Below, in pieces: positions 15,377 through 24,728 of a stretch of 32,000 bases of DNA. A program made the translations under genes and the position numbers. Numbering within the stretch: position 1 is the first letter of the stretch; each line of letters opens with the position of its first letter. This DNA comes from an uncultured bacterium. GTDB lineage: Bacteria > Patescibacteriota > Gracilibacteria > UBA1369 > PNNO01. The stretch covers positions 1,200,001-1,232,000 of the forward strand of contig OY969931.1 of NCBI GenBank assembly GCA_963704705.1, written 5' to 3'. The notes below the pieces were generated by a model, which was not told where the DNA came from, made no database searches, and worked only from the letters and a program-made list of their open reading frames with translations.

Positions 15377-16147
15377 ATGAGTAATCTCATCAAAAACCTG
15401 ATCGGAGTTGTAGCGATTGTGGCTGTTTTGGCATTTGCCTATCTAAGCTGGCAATATGTAAAAGTTTACGACAGGTCAAGCGAACCAACTAACTACAGAA
15501 GCTTTTATGTACAGGCTGAAGGTGAAGCTGTTGGAGTGCCTGATGTTGCACAGTTCAGTTTCGATGTAATAACACAGGGTGGTACGGATATTTCAAAATC
15601 TCAAACTGACAATACAGAAAAAATGAATGCTGTTCTTGAATATGTAAACGGCCAGGGAATTGATAAAAAAGATATTAAAACTACCGCTTACAATATTCAA
15701 CCACGATATACTAGTAACAGATGTGTGGAAGGTGTTTGTCCTCCACCGCAAATCGTTGGATATACTGTTTCACAATCAGCTCAGGTTAAGATACGTGATT
15801 TCAGCAAAATAAGCGGCATGTTACAGGCTGTTGTTGATAATGGCGCAAACTCTGTTTCTCAATTAAGCTTTATTATTGATGATACAACTGATGTTGAAAA
15901 CGAAGCACGTGCTGATGCAATTCAAAAAGCACAAGCTAAAGCTGAATTAATAGCAAAAGAAGCAGGATTCTCTGTTGGACGAATTCTTGAAATAAATGAA
16001 AATTTCTATCCTGTTTATGCTCAGCCAAAAATGGAAATGGCTGTAAGTTCTTATGATAGTTCTGCGGGGGGTGCTCCGGCTCCATCAATCGAACCAGGCT
16101 CTCAGGATATTACTGTCCAGATAAACATAAGATACGAGATTAACTAA
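15377..16147 (+). CDS. SIMPL-domain (DUF541) exported protein
   Basis: 256 aa; VQAEGEAVGVPDVAQFSFDV...GIDKKDIKTTAYNIQP...IVGYTVSQSAQVKIRD. Confidence 0.9.
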   Translation: MSNLIKNLIGVVAIVAVLAFAYLSWQYVKVYDRSSEPTNYRSFYVQAEGEAVGVPDVAQFSFDVITQGGTDISKSQTDNTEKMNAVLEYVNGQGIDKKDIKTTAYNIQPRYTSNRCVEGVCPPPQIVGYTVSQSAQVKIRDFSKISGMLQAVVDNGANSVSQLSFIIDDTTDVENEARADAIQKAQAKAELIAKEAGFSVGRILEINENFYPVYAQPKMEMAVSSYDSSAGGAPAPSIEPGSQDITVQINIRYEIN

Positions 16148-16157
16148 TCTTTAAAAA

Positions 16158-16718
16158 TTGAGCCAGGTTAAGATAAAAAATTTTTTTGAAGATGATATCA
16201 AGGAGCCTGTCAGGATATTAATTGGCCACAGGCTTCCTTGGCTTATATTGGGACTTTTAGGAGGTATTTTAACTACATTTATTGTATCGAGATTTGAATT
16301 GATTCTCGCGAGTGACTTGCGTCTGGCTTTTTTTATACCGATCATTGTTTACATGAGCGATGCGATTGGAACCCAAACAGAAACAATTTACATAAGACAC
16401 ATTAAAGAGAGCGGTGCAGACTTTTTTAAATATATGATTAAAGAATCGCTGTTGGGCCTGGGGCTTGGTTTGATTTTCGGAGTTACAATTGGTCTTATAG
16501 CTAATTTTTGGCTCGCTTCTCCACAAATCGGTTTAACTGTGGGAATTGCGATGTTTATAAATTGCACAATTGCACCTGTTATGGCCACATTTATCCCAAC
16601 AATCTTGTACAAAAGACATAAAGACCCTGCGCTTGGATCAGGGCCTCTGGCAACCATTATTCAGGATTTAATCAGTGTTTTAATTTACTTTTATACCGCA
16701 AGTCTTATTCTTTTTTAA
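16158..16718 (+). CDS. MgtE-like integral membrane (divalent cation transporter) domain protein
   Basis: 186 aa; LPWLILGLLGGILTTFIVSRFE, PIIVYMSDAIGTQTETIYIR, DPALGSGPLATIIQDLISVLIYF. Confidence 0.85.
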   Translation: MSQVKIKNFFEDDIKEPVRILIGHRLPWLILGLLGGILTTFIVSRFELILASDLRLAFFIPIIVYMSDAIGTQTETIYIRHIKESGADFFKYMIKESLLGLGLGLIFGVTIGLIANFWLASPQIGLTVGIAMFINCTIAPVMATFIPTILYKRHKDPALGSGPLATIIQDLISVLIYFYTASLILF

Positions 16719-16728
16719 TAAATTAAAC

Positions 16729-17127
16729 ATGAAAAAAATATTAATTTTATCGGCAATACTTATATTAGGATTAAGCGGCTGTGCTACGGTTCAGTCCGCA
16801 ACTTATGAGGAAACCATCAGCTATATCGACTCAAATATAACCAAAATTGTTGAATCCGGGAATTTTGAAGCCGAACCCGCAAATGGGAAATGGTTTGCTG
16901 ACGGTTACGGCTTTACTTCTCCAAATCATGTATATGTTGATTTTGAAGACGGCCACTATTTATTCAGGGTTTTACTTGAATGCAAAGGCACAAATGCAGA
17001 TTTAATTTGTAATCCATTGGCATTTTTTAAGTCAGATAACGGATGGACCTTGATGCAGGGACAAGACTCGGAAAAAGATAATCCTATTGTTCACGCGTGG
17101 GCAAAAGATTATGATTGGGAAAGATAA
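16729..17127 (+). CDS. Small lipoprotein
   Basis: 132 aa, lipobox LSGC near the N-terminus. Confidence 0.75.
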   Translation: MKKILILSAILILGLSGCATVQSATYEETISYIDSNITKIVESGNFEAEPANGKWFADGYGFTSPNHVYVDFEDGHYLFRVLLECKGTNADLICNPLAFFKSDNGWTLMQGQDSEKDNPIVHAWAKDYDWER

Positions 17128-17143
17128 AAGCAACAAATCATAA

Positions 17144-17710
17144 ATGACAAAAACTTTACTGAACAAGCCATTGAGAATTCTGTTAATTACGAACTCTTTG
17201 GTTTTACTTGCCGGAGGTATGATCGGGCCAATCTACGCTATATTTGTTGAAGACATAGGCGGAGATTTGCTTGATGCCAGTTTTGCAGGAGGTATATTCG
17301 CGCTTGCAGCGGGCATCACAACTTTTTTGTCCGGCAAAATAGCTGACCATCAGGACCATAAAGAAAAAATAGTGATTTTTGGATATTTGGTTATGTGTGT
17401 TGGATTTATGCTTTATACTCTTGTGGATTCTATTTGGATGCTTTTTATTGTGCAGGTTATTATCGGATTCGGTGAAGCAATTTATTTACCGGCATTTGAT
17501 GCGGTTTATTCAGAACATCTCGATCATCATAAAGAAGGTCAGCAATGGGGGGCGTGGGAATCAACGTACTATTTTGTAACTGCATTTGGCGCGGCTTTAG
17601 GTGGTTATATAGTGGTTTATTTGGGATTTAATGCCATGTTCTTTTTAATGGCCTTACTTTGCCTAGGAAGCGCGCTTTATATTTTCAGATTGCCGAAAAG
17701 AGTATTATAA
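17144..17710 (+). CDS. MFS transporter, half-size
   Basis: 188 aa, about 6 TMs; FLSGKIADHQDHKEK matches the MFS loop 2-3 motif; stops where the second half would begin. Confidence 0.75.
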   Translation: MTKTLLNKPLRILLITNSLVLLAGGMIGPIYAIFVEDIGGDLLDASFAGGIFALAAGITTFLSGKIADHQDHKEKIVIFGYLVMCVGFMLYTLVDSIWMLFIVQVIIGFGEAIYLPAFDAVYSEHLDHHKEGQQWGAWESTYYFVTAFGAALGGYIVVYLGFNAMFFLMALLCLGSALYIFRLPKRVL

Positions 17711-17792
17711 ATGAATTGCGGTTAAAAAGCGGTTAGAAAAAAAGGGGCCGATTCATATAGATTCGACCCGCTTTAAAGTTTTTAAGTTCGTT

Positions 17793-18251
17793 TTATTTTT
17801 TTCTTTTTCTAATTGCTGCTGCCCCAAACAATGAACCGAGTCCAATTGCGATTAGACCAGGACCGCTGCTAGCTGTTTTTCCACCACTGTATGAAGCCGT
17901 AGGTGCTGCAGCATGAGTAGTTGTAGTAGTAGTTGTTGTAGATGCAGGAGCAACTTCAAGTGTTGGTGGAGCTTCTTCTTCAGCAGGAGTTTGAACCTCA
18001 TCAGCTGCAGGTAAAGTAGGTTCTTCTACCGCTGGTGCCACAGGTTCTTCTGCCGCTGGTGCCACAGGTTCTTCTGCCGCTGGAAGTTCAAGTGTTGGCG
18101 GAGCTTCATCTGTGGTTGTGGTTGTTGTTGTAGTTGTAGCAAATGGATCGTTAATTACAGGAGGTGCCTGAGCAAATGCGATTGCACTAAAATTTGCCGC
18201 AAAAACAAGAGCGACAAATACAGTCAATAAATAAAATGGTGTTTTTTTCAT
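17793..18251 (-). CDS. Secreted/surface low-complexity protein with C-terminal TM and basic tail
   Basis: 152 aa; signal peptide, poly-Thr tracts, EEPVAPA repeats, GLIAIGLGSLFGAAAIRKRKK. Confidence 0.7.
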   Translation of the reverse strand: MKKTPFYLLTVFVALVFAANFSAIAFAQAPPVINDPFATTTTTTTTTDEAPPTLELPAAEEPVAPAAEEPVAPAVEEPTLPAADEVQTPAEEEAPPTLEVAPASTTTTTTTTHAAAPTASYSGGKTASSGPGLIAIGLGSLFGAAAIRKRKK

Positions 18252-18324
18252 AAATTTTTTGTTTATTTTTTATTTTTCTAACTCTATTTTAGCATAAAAT
18301 AGCTTTTTTTTCAACTGCTTTAGA

Positions 18325-18387
18325 CCAGGTCTGGCGGGTGAACCAGGTCTGGCGGGCAGACCTGGTCTGGTGGGCAGACCTGGTCTA
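18325..18387 (+). repeat. Imperfect 18-bp tandem repeat, about 3.5 copies
   Basis: CCAGGTCTGGCGGGTGAA / CCAGGTCTGGCGGGCAGA / CCTGGTCTGGTGGGCAGA / CCTGGTCTA. Confidence 0.85.
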
Positions 18388-18533
18388 ATATCAATTTCCC
18401 CTATACAAAGAGAAAAACTTATGATATTCTTGCCGTACGGTTTTTTTGACTTCTGATTTATACCTAAATGTGCACAGTTTGAAATAAATCATTGCCAGAA
18501 AGCCGTAAACCCTAATACTTATACGCACACAAT

Positions 18534-18794
18534 ATGGCTAAGAAATTATTTGTAGGGAATATCGAATGGGGAGTTACTGATGATCAGCTAAAAGAACTTT
18601 TCGCCGCTCACGGTGAAGTTGAAGAAGCTGTTATCATCAAGGATAAATTCTCAGGTCGCCCTAAAGGATTCGGTTTTGTTACTTTCGTTAATGACGATGA
18701 TGCTGACAAAGCTATTGAAGCTCTTAATGATTACGATCTTAACGGTCGTAAACTTGCTGTTAACGAAGCAAGACCTAAAGAGCCACGTGACTAA
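18534..18794 (+). CDS. RRM-domain RNA-binding protein
   Basis: 86 aa; RNP2 KLFVGNI and RNP1 KGFGFVTF. Confidence 0.95.
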   Translation: MAKKLFVGNIEWGVTDDQLKELFAAHGEVEEAVIIKDKFSGRPKGFGFVTFVNDDDADKAIEALNDYDLNGRKLAVNEARPKEPRD

Positions 18795-18909
18795 TATTTA
18801 GTTACGACAACTCAAACGAAAAAATAGAATGTGTGCAGTTCTATTTTTTTTGACATGGCTAAATTATTAAAGTACAATTCTGGCCTTTGTAAACTTAACT
18901 ACTAAATAA

Positions 18910-20088
18910 ATGGTTATTGAAAATCAACATGGTAATTTGTTTTGTCCTGAAAATCGATTAGATTGTACTAAAGCTGATATCGAGATTTTATATTCCAAAC
19001 TCCCACCCAAAGATCAATGTATAGTTAAAGATTTCGAATCGCACAATGGTGATTTATTTTTTTATTACAAAAGTAAAGATGGTGTTGAATTCACAATTGA
19101 GTGGCATAAAGATAGTCAAAGTTTTTATGGTGCTCCAATTGAGCTGGTAAATCAATATCTTAGTTTGTCTCAAAAAGATAATTTATCTAACCAAGTAAAC
19201 AACACTCCAAGGCCTGAAATATATGCTCTGGTTGAGTTATTCCAGGAAAAATTATGCCAGTTTATTGATGAAGTGGGCAAACCTCCTGAAGTTTTGGAGA
19301 TTGCTTTTGAATCTGGAAATGATGTTTTGAAAATAAGAAGAGATGCTTCAAGAATGGTGAAAGTTGCAACTTTGCCAGTCCAAGAGATATTGGAAGATAT
19401 TCAACCTACAGCAGAAGAACATGTGGCTAAAACTGAGGAAGAACATGAAGAAGGGCCACCGGTGTTAATTAGATTTAATCTTGGTTTAACTGTTGCAGCT
19501 ATTAAAACCTTAGGTGTTGTTTTAAATAAAACTGAAATGGCCAAAGAATTGGGCATTTCAGCTGTGCATTTTGGTAAATTAGTAAAAATACAATTTGCAG
19601 CAAATATGAATCCCTCAACAATCATAGCTTTAAAGAGATTCCTAATTAAAAATAAAGCAAGTCTGAGCCAACTTATAAACCATAATGAAAAAGCACAACA
19701 ATCATTATCTGAAAGAGAATTTGATAATTTAATTGAATTCTTAAATTCGGATGGCTTTTTAGAAGACGACACAGAAACAGAAGATGATAATGATGGAATT
19801 GGAGAGCCTTTTAATCCCCAATATGCATTCAGTGCATTGAAATTAATGGGAGGTCTAACCACAAATCTTCAATTAGCTGAAGAAGTTGGAATTAATAGCG
19901 TTAGTATCGGAATATATATGAGTGGAAAATCCAAAAGGATACGCAAATCCACTGAGCAATCATTGAAAAAATGGTTGTTTAACAATAAAGAAAAAATTCT
20001 TAAGGCTCTGCAGAATGAGCTTTTAGTGAGCAAAACACTTAATTCTGAAGAAAAAACAATGCTGGAAGAATATTTGGAATCTCTCTAA
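18910..20088 (+). CDS. Hypothetical protein with two internally similar HTH-like modules
   Basis: 392 aa; IKTLGVVLNKTEMAKELGISAVHFGKL against LKLMGGLTTNLQLAEEVGINSVSIGIYM. Confidence 0.7.
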   Translation: MVIENQHGNLFCPENRLDCTKADIEILYSKLPPKDQCIVKDFESHNGDLFFYYKSKDGVEFTIEWHKDSQSFYGAPIELVNQYLSLSQKDNLSNQVNNTPRPEIYALVELFQEKLCQFIDEVGKPPEVLEIAFESGNDVLKIRRDASRMVKVATLPVQEILEDIQPTAEEHVAKTEEEHEEGPPVLIRFNLGLTVAAIKTLGVVLNKTEMAKELGISAVHFGKLVKIQFAANMNPSTIIALKRFLIKNKASLSQLINHNEKAQQSLSEREFDNLIEFLNSDGFLEDDTETEDDNDGIGEPFNPQYAFSALKLMGGLTTNLQLAEEVGINSVSIGIYMSGKSKRIRKSTEQSLKKWLFNNKEKILKALQNELLVSKTLNSEEKTMLEEYLESL

Positions 20089-20149
20089 ATTATTGCAATA
20101 AATACTTATTTATTCTATCTTCATTTTAGACTCCCTTAACTTATCTAAA

Positions 20150-20737
20150 ATGAAAAAATCACTACTTACTCCCCTTTTATTAATCGCAATATTCATCTTT
20201 TTACTGCCTCAGGCGGCTTTTGCGCACAATATCGGCGGCAATGGTATGCTTAGCGGCATTTCGCATCCATTAACGGGTTTGGACCATATGCTCGCAATGG
20301 TTGCGGTTGGTGTAATAAGTACGCAACTTGGCGGCAAAGCGGTATGGCAGGTTCCGGCTACATTTGTGAGCTTTATGGTTGTTGGCGGATTTATGGCAAT
20401 TTTTGGCTTGCATCTGCCTGCTGTTGAAATCGGGATCGCTCTTTCTGTTCTTGTTTTGGGAGTGGCGATTGCGTTTTCGTCAAAAGTTCCTCATTTATTG
20501 GCTTTTTTGATGGTTGCTTTGTTTGCGATCTTTCACGGACACGCGCACGGAGAGGAAATGCCTGTTATCGCAAACGCAGGGCTTTATGCAATTGGATTTA
20601 TAAGTTCAACTGCATTACTTCACATAAGCGGTGTATTAATCGGGCACTATGCAAAAAAAACAGCTCTCACATCAAAACTTTTACGTTTTGCAGGAGCAGG
20701 TGTTGGATTTATGGGTCTTCTATTCTTAATCGGTTAA
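20150..20737 (+). CDS. HupE/UreJ-family protein
   Basis: 195 aa; signal peptide, GxxHPLTGLDHMLAMVAVG, FAIFHGHAHGEE. Confidence 0.88.
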   Translation: MKKSLLTPLLLIAIFIFLLPQAAFAHNIGGNGMLSGISHPLTGLDHMLAMVAVGVISTQLGGKAVWQVPATFVSFMVVGGFMAIFGLHLPAVEIGIALSVLVLGVAIAFSSKVPHLLAFLMVALFAIFHGHAHGEEMPVIANAGLYAIGFISSTALLHISGVLIGHYAKKTALTSKLLRFAGAGVGFMGLLFLIG

Positions 20738-20738
20738 T

Positions 20739-20978
20739 ATGGAGAAATCACGCGCTCTTTTTTCACCAAAGCCAGCTTCAATCGAAAGAGATCGTATGAA
20801 GATTGTTGAAGATTTAAGGAATGCTTTGAAAACAAAATATTTTCTTATAATTACAACAACCAAAGGTAAAGTAAGCGGCCATGTAACTGAAATGAACAGT
20901 ATTAATGGAAGTGTGAAATTAAAAAAAGGCGCAACTGAAATTGAGCTAAATATCAAAGACATTCTGCTTACCGAATAG
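20739..20978 (+). CDS. Small hypothetical protein, possible Sm-like beta fold
   Basis: 79 aa; ALKTKYFLIITTTKGKVSGHVTEMNSINGSVKLKKGATEIELNIKDI. Confidence 0.5.
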   Translation: MEKSRALFSPKPASIERDRMKIVEDLRNALKTKYFLIITTTKGKVSGHVTEMNSINGSVKLKKGATEIELNIKDILLTE

Positions 20979-21497
20979 CTACATCTTCCGGCTGTCGTAA
21001 GCCCAATGTAGAAGAGCCTGCCTTTGGCGCGGCCTGCAAGATAAATCTCGTGGTGCGCAGTTTTTACGAATTTGACCGATATGCCTTTTCATTGCTTTCC
21101 AACGTTTAATCTGCCTTAAATCTTCATCAGGAATACGGCGGCCAAGATAATATCTGCAATACCACTGAAACCAACCACGCGGATCCAAAGGATAAATCCA
21201 ACCCTTTTTAATCCAATATAATAAAGGCTTGCTGGCATTAACTTTAAAAAAGTTAAGTTTAGGGTCGTGCCGCTGATGGCAGAGTTTTGCTTTTTCAAAC
21301 CAAGACTTTGGAAATTCTTTTTTGCAATCTGTCATATATTTTCCGCCAAAAACCCCCATTTCAAGCATTTGTTTTGGAGTTAGGTCGGGTTTAAATTCAG
21401 GGTGGAAATTGCGGCCGGGATTCTCTGCAAGCACATAAATGTAACCTTTTTGCATTTTATCGTTAACCTTGATTTTTTGGCCTTTTTTAAATTCCAT
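20979..21497 (-). CDS. Conserved-looking hypothetical protein
   Basis: 172 aa, aromatic/Arg-rich, converges with the previous gene. Confidence 0.7.
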   Translation of the reverse strand: MEFKKGQKIKVNDKMQKGYIYVLAENPGRNFHPEFKPDLTPKQMLEMGVFGGKYMTDCKKEFPKSWFEKAKLCHQRHDPKLNFFKVNASKPLLYWIKKGWIYPLDPRGWFQWYCRYYLGRRIPDEDLRQIKRWKAMKRHIGQIRKNCAPRDLSCRPRQRQALLHWAYDSRKM

Positions 21498-21529
21498 AAT
21501 ATAATAAATTAACTTAACAAAATTATATC

Positions 21530-21991
21530 ATGTTAAAAGAAGGTCAAAAAGCACCTGACTTTACTCTTCAGGATACAAATGAAAGCGAAATTAAACTTTC
21601 TGATTTTAAGGGTAAATGGGTGGTACTTTATTTCTATCCAAAAGACATGACTCCGGGGTGCACAATTGAGGCCATGGAATTTTCATTACATAAAAATGAA
21701 TTTGAAAAATTAAATGCAATTGTACTTGGTGTGAGTAAAGATTCATGCGCGTCTCATCAAAAATTTACAGACAAAAAAGAACTCACAATAAATCTGCTAA
21801 GTGACCCTGATTCACGAATACAAAAATTGTACGACGTATGGAAACCAAAGAAATTTATGGGACGAGAATTTCTTGGCACAGTGCGAACCACTTTTTTGAT
21901 CAGCCCCGATCAAACCATTAAAAAAATATGGAACGAGGTAAAGGCAAAAGGGCATGCAGAAGCTGTTTTGAAAGAGTTGGCTAATCTTTAG
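21530..21991 (+). CDS. bcp: Thioredoxin-dependent peroxiredoxin (Bcp/PrxQ type)
   Basis: 153 aa; DFTLQDTNESEIKLSDFKGKWVVLYFYPKDMTPGCTIEAMEF, GVSKDSCASHQKF. Confidence 0.93.
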   Translation: MLKEGQKAPDFTLQDTNESEIKLSDFKGKWVVLYFYPKDMTPGCTIEAMEFSLHKNEFEKLNAIVLGVSKDSCASHQKFTDKKELTINLLSDPDSRIQKLYDVWKPKKFMGREFLGTVRTTFLISPDQTIKKIWNEVKAKGHAEAVLKELANL

Positions 21992-22117
21992 ACTATCGCC
22001 GATAGCCGAATCCAAAACTGCCATTCCAAACATCTATAAAAGTTACTCAAAATTAATTTTAGTTTGAAAAATTTATTCAAAAGGTATATAAATTAACCCT
22101 ATTTCCATAATCTAAAA

Positions 22118-22504
22118 TTGTTGGATAAATTTAAAGGTAAAAATAATGATTTTGAAATAATTGAAGATTCCGAAGTTGATGAAATCAGATTGATCGATAC
22201 TGACCAGCTTTCAAATGAAGCTATCCGAATTCTCGAAAATGAAGATATCGATATTGATTTGAAAATGTTTCAGTATGTATTTATGAAAATTTATGAATAT
22301 TTTGAAGGTATGTTTGATAAAGGTCCATTTATTGATGACTTTCATGAAGAGTGTGAATATGAACGAATAAGTATTTCTTTCACTCTGCTTGAAATTGCGA
22401 TGACTGAAGTTATTGATGAATACGGAGAAGAAATCACTGCTGATCCGGTTAGACTTTTTAAGGCTTTTGTTGCACAATTAAACCAACGTGTAACAATAAG
22501 ATAA
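22118..22504 (+). CDS. Hypothetical acidic protein
   Basis: 128 aa ORF directly upstream of the methyltransferase-like gene. Confidence 0.65.
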   Translation: MLDKFKGKNNDFEIIEDSEVDEIRLIDTDQLSNEAIRILENEDIDIDLKMFQYVFMKIYEYFEGMFDKGPFIDDFHEECEYERISISFTLLEIAMTEVIDEYGEEITADPVRLFKAFVAQLNQRVTIR

Positions 22505-23635
22505 ATGACTAAAAAAGAAATTTCTCTGCCAAGAGTTATAGTGTCTGCCACTCTTAAACTCGGCTCATTTTTCGTGCTCTTTTTTGTTGGAGCCGGCAGG
22601 CTTGATTACTGGCAGGGCTGGGGCTTCACAATATTGCTACTAGGAACTTCGATCACAGCTTTTATCCTGTTCCGAAAAAACAAGGCATTATTTGAAGAAA
22701 GACTAAAGCCAGGCCCGGGAATGAAATGGTGGGACAGAATATTCTGGTTCTTTAATATTTTTCTGTTCATGGGAATTTTGGTTGTGGGCATTTTGGATGG
22801 CGGAAGATTTATGTGGACAACTAATATTCCGACTTGGGTATATATACTAAGTTATATTGGCTACATTTTGGGATGTATAATTTTATTCTGGTCAATGTGG
22901 ACCAATCAGTTTTTTTCAACTGTTGTGAGAATCCAAAAAGACCGCGGACAAAAAGTGATAACAAGCGGTCCTTATAAAATAGTAAGACATCCGGGTTATT
23001 TTGGGGCGATATTTGTAATGCTGTCTTGCGGCCCGATTCTTGGATCTTACTGGGCAATGATTGGCGGCGGACTTTGGGTATTGGCAATTATAATCAGAAC
23101 TTATATGGAAGACAAAACTCTGCAAAAAGAACTTGAAGGCTACAAAGAATACACAAAAAAAACACGCTTCAGATTAATTCCAGGCTTTTGGGCTTTTTTA
23201 CTGACTTTAACAATCCTTGGCGGCTGCGGAGCATCAAACAATCAAATCACGTGGGATAAATACGAAGGCCAATGGTTTGATGTAGAATTTCCATCAAACT
23301 TCACTGCAATTGAATTAAATGAAAAAGACGCGGCAATGTTTGTTAATGAAAATGAAGATTGTATATTTTATGTTTATTCACCACAATGGGCCGGCAAATC
23401 TGAAATGGAAGAAAAATATGAAGCAGAAGAGTTGGTTTCTGAAGTAACAGAAGGGAATAAAACAACTTCAATATATAAAAATGAAGATACAGACTTAATT
23501 AGAGAAATTGAAGTTACAGAAGAAAACAATGCGACAGTAAGATATGTGTTTTTATACGGTCATAGCATTAATAAAGACAACTGCAGGCCCGAATATGAAA
23601 AATTTAAGGCGTCATTGAAGCAATATGCAGATTAA
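22505..23635 (+). CDS. Isoprenylcysteine/phospholipid methyltransferase-like (ICMT/PEMT) membrane protein fused to a lipoprotein-like domain
   Basis: 376 aa; TSGPYKIVRHPGYFGAIF, ...KTRFRLIPGFW, then LTLTILGGCGASNNQITWDKYEGQWFDVEFPSNF. Confidence 0.8.
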   Translation: MTKKEISLPRVIVSATLKLGSFFVLFFVGAGRLDYWQGWGFTILLLGTSITAFILFRKNKALFEERLKPGPGMKWWDRIFWFFNIFLFMGILVVGILDGGRFMWTTNIPTWVYILSYIGYILGCIILFWSMWTNQFFSTVVRIQKDRGQKVITSGPYKIVRHPGYFGAIFVMLSCGPILGSYWAMIGGGLWVLAIIIRTYMEDKTLQKELEGYKEYTKKTRFRLIPGFWAFLLTLTILGGCGASNNQITWDKYEGQWFDVEFPSNFTAIELNEKDAAMFVNENEDCIFYVYSPQWAGKSEMEEKYEAEELVSEVTEGNKTTSIYKNEDTDLIREIEVTEENNATVRYVFLYGHSINKDNCRPEYEKFKASLKQYAD

Positions 23636-23881
23636 TTAAGCGGCTTCTTCATTTTCACCTTCTAGTACTGCGAAAATTTTCTTTAAAACAGCGTTTTTTA
23701 AATAGTCGGTTTTTACAACCAAATCAAGATATGCAGCTTCTTCAACAGTAATTGTGCCGTTATTTAACATAAGCTTTCTTACGGATTCGTCACTTCCAAG
23801 GTAAATCATAACATTTCTAATCTGATCCGGCTTAAATTGTTCAAGAACTTCAATTTCATTTGTTGGTGTATCTAGAGCCAT
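23636..23881 (-). CDS. Small hypothetical protein
   Basis: 81 aa, charged; convergent and abutting. Confidence 0.6.
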   Translation of the reverse strand: MALDTPTNEIEVLEQFKPDQIRNVMIYLGSDESVRKLMLNNGTITVEEAAYLDLVVKTDYLKNAVLKKIFAVLEGENEEAA

Positions 23882-24010
23882 AATTTAATGATTACAGGAT
23901 GTTATTATACAAAATTTCGACAAGTTGTCAATAATTTAAGTATTAGAACTGGCTTGATTTAAATTTTTTCTGTAAAATTACGTTAGTTTATACTTCTAAC
24001 CTAACTTAAT

Positions 24011-24724
24011 ATGCAAGTTTTATTAATTCTCGGCGTTATAGTCGTTGGAGTTGTTATTTTTGCTATTGCCGTATACAACTCGCTTATTGTACTTAAAAAC
24101 AAAGTTGATGAAGGATGGGCAGACATCGACACGCAATTAAAGAGAAGATGGGACCTTATCCCAAATATGGTGGAAACAGTAAAAGGTTATGCAAAACACG
24201 AAGCTCATGTTTTTGAAGCGGTTACCAAGGCAAGATCAACAGCCATGCAGGCATCAACACCTGAACAGCATGCACAAGCTGAAAATATGTTAACAGGTGC
24301 GTTAAAAAGCTTATTCGCAGTTGCTGAAAATTACCCTGAATTAAAAGCAAATCAGAACTTTTTGGATCTTCAGGCAACTTTAAAAGAAGTTGAAGAACAA
24401 ATTCAAATGTCACGAAGGTACTACAATGGTACAGTTAAAGACTTCAACACTAAACTTGAAATCTTTCCAAACAATATTCTTGCTGGAATGCTTGGCTTTA
24501 AAAAACGTGAATTCTTCGAAATAGCTGAAGAAGAAAGACAAAACGTAAAGGTTAGCTTCTCAGAGGAGAAACCAGCAGCACCAACTGCTCCAGCTGCGCC
24601 AGAAGCACCAGAAGCGCCAAAAGCTGAAGCTCATGCTGCACCAGAAAAAAAGGAAGAACACGGCGAGCATAGCGAGGCCTCTGGAGAGAGCGAAGCGAAC
24701 GAAGCAGAGTCTAAAAAAAATTAA
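24011..24724 (+). CDS. lemA: LemA-family protein
   Basis: 237 aa; YNSLIVLKNKVDEGWADIDTQLKRRWDLIPNMVETVKGYAKHE, ARRYYNG-like SRRYYNGTVKDFNTKLEIFPNNILAG. Confidence 0.95.
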   Translation: MQVLLILGVIVVGVVIFAIAVYNSLIVLKNKVDEGWADIDTQLKRRWDLIPNMVETVKGYAKHEAHVFEAVTKARSTAMQASTPEQHAQAENMLTGALKSLFAVAENYPELKANQNFLDLQATLKEVEEQIQMSRRYYNGTVKDFNTKLEIFPNNILAGMLGFKKREFFEIAEEERQNVKVSFSEEKPAAPTAPAAPEAPEAPKAEAHAAPEKKEEHGEHSEASGESEANEAESKKN

Positions 24725-24728
24725 AATT

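Noticed and set aside
19401-19862. 153-aa minus-strand ORF
   Set aside because: Antisense to the 392-aa ORF with Ser-rich composition typical of a shadow frame.
24633-24728. N-terminal extension MLHQKKRKNTASIARPLE... of the DUF2207-like protein
   Set aside because: Overlaps the end of lemA; the signal peptide start MKKFSLLIFF at 24729 is the natural start.
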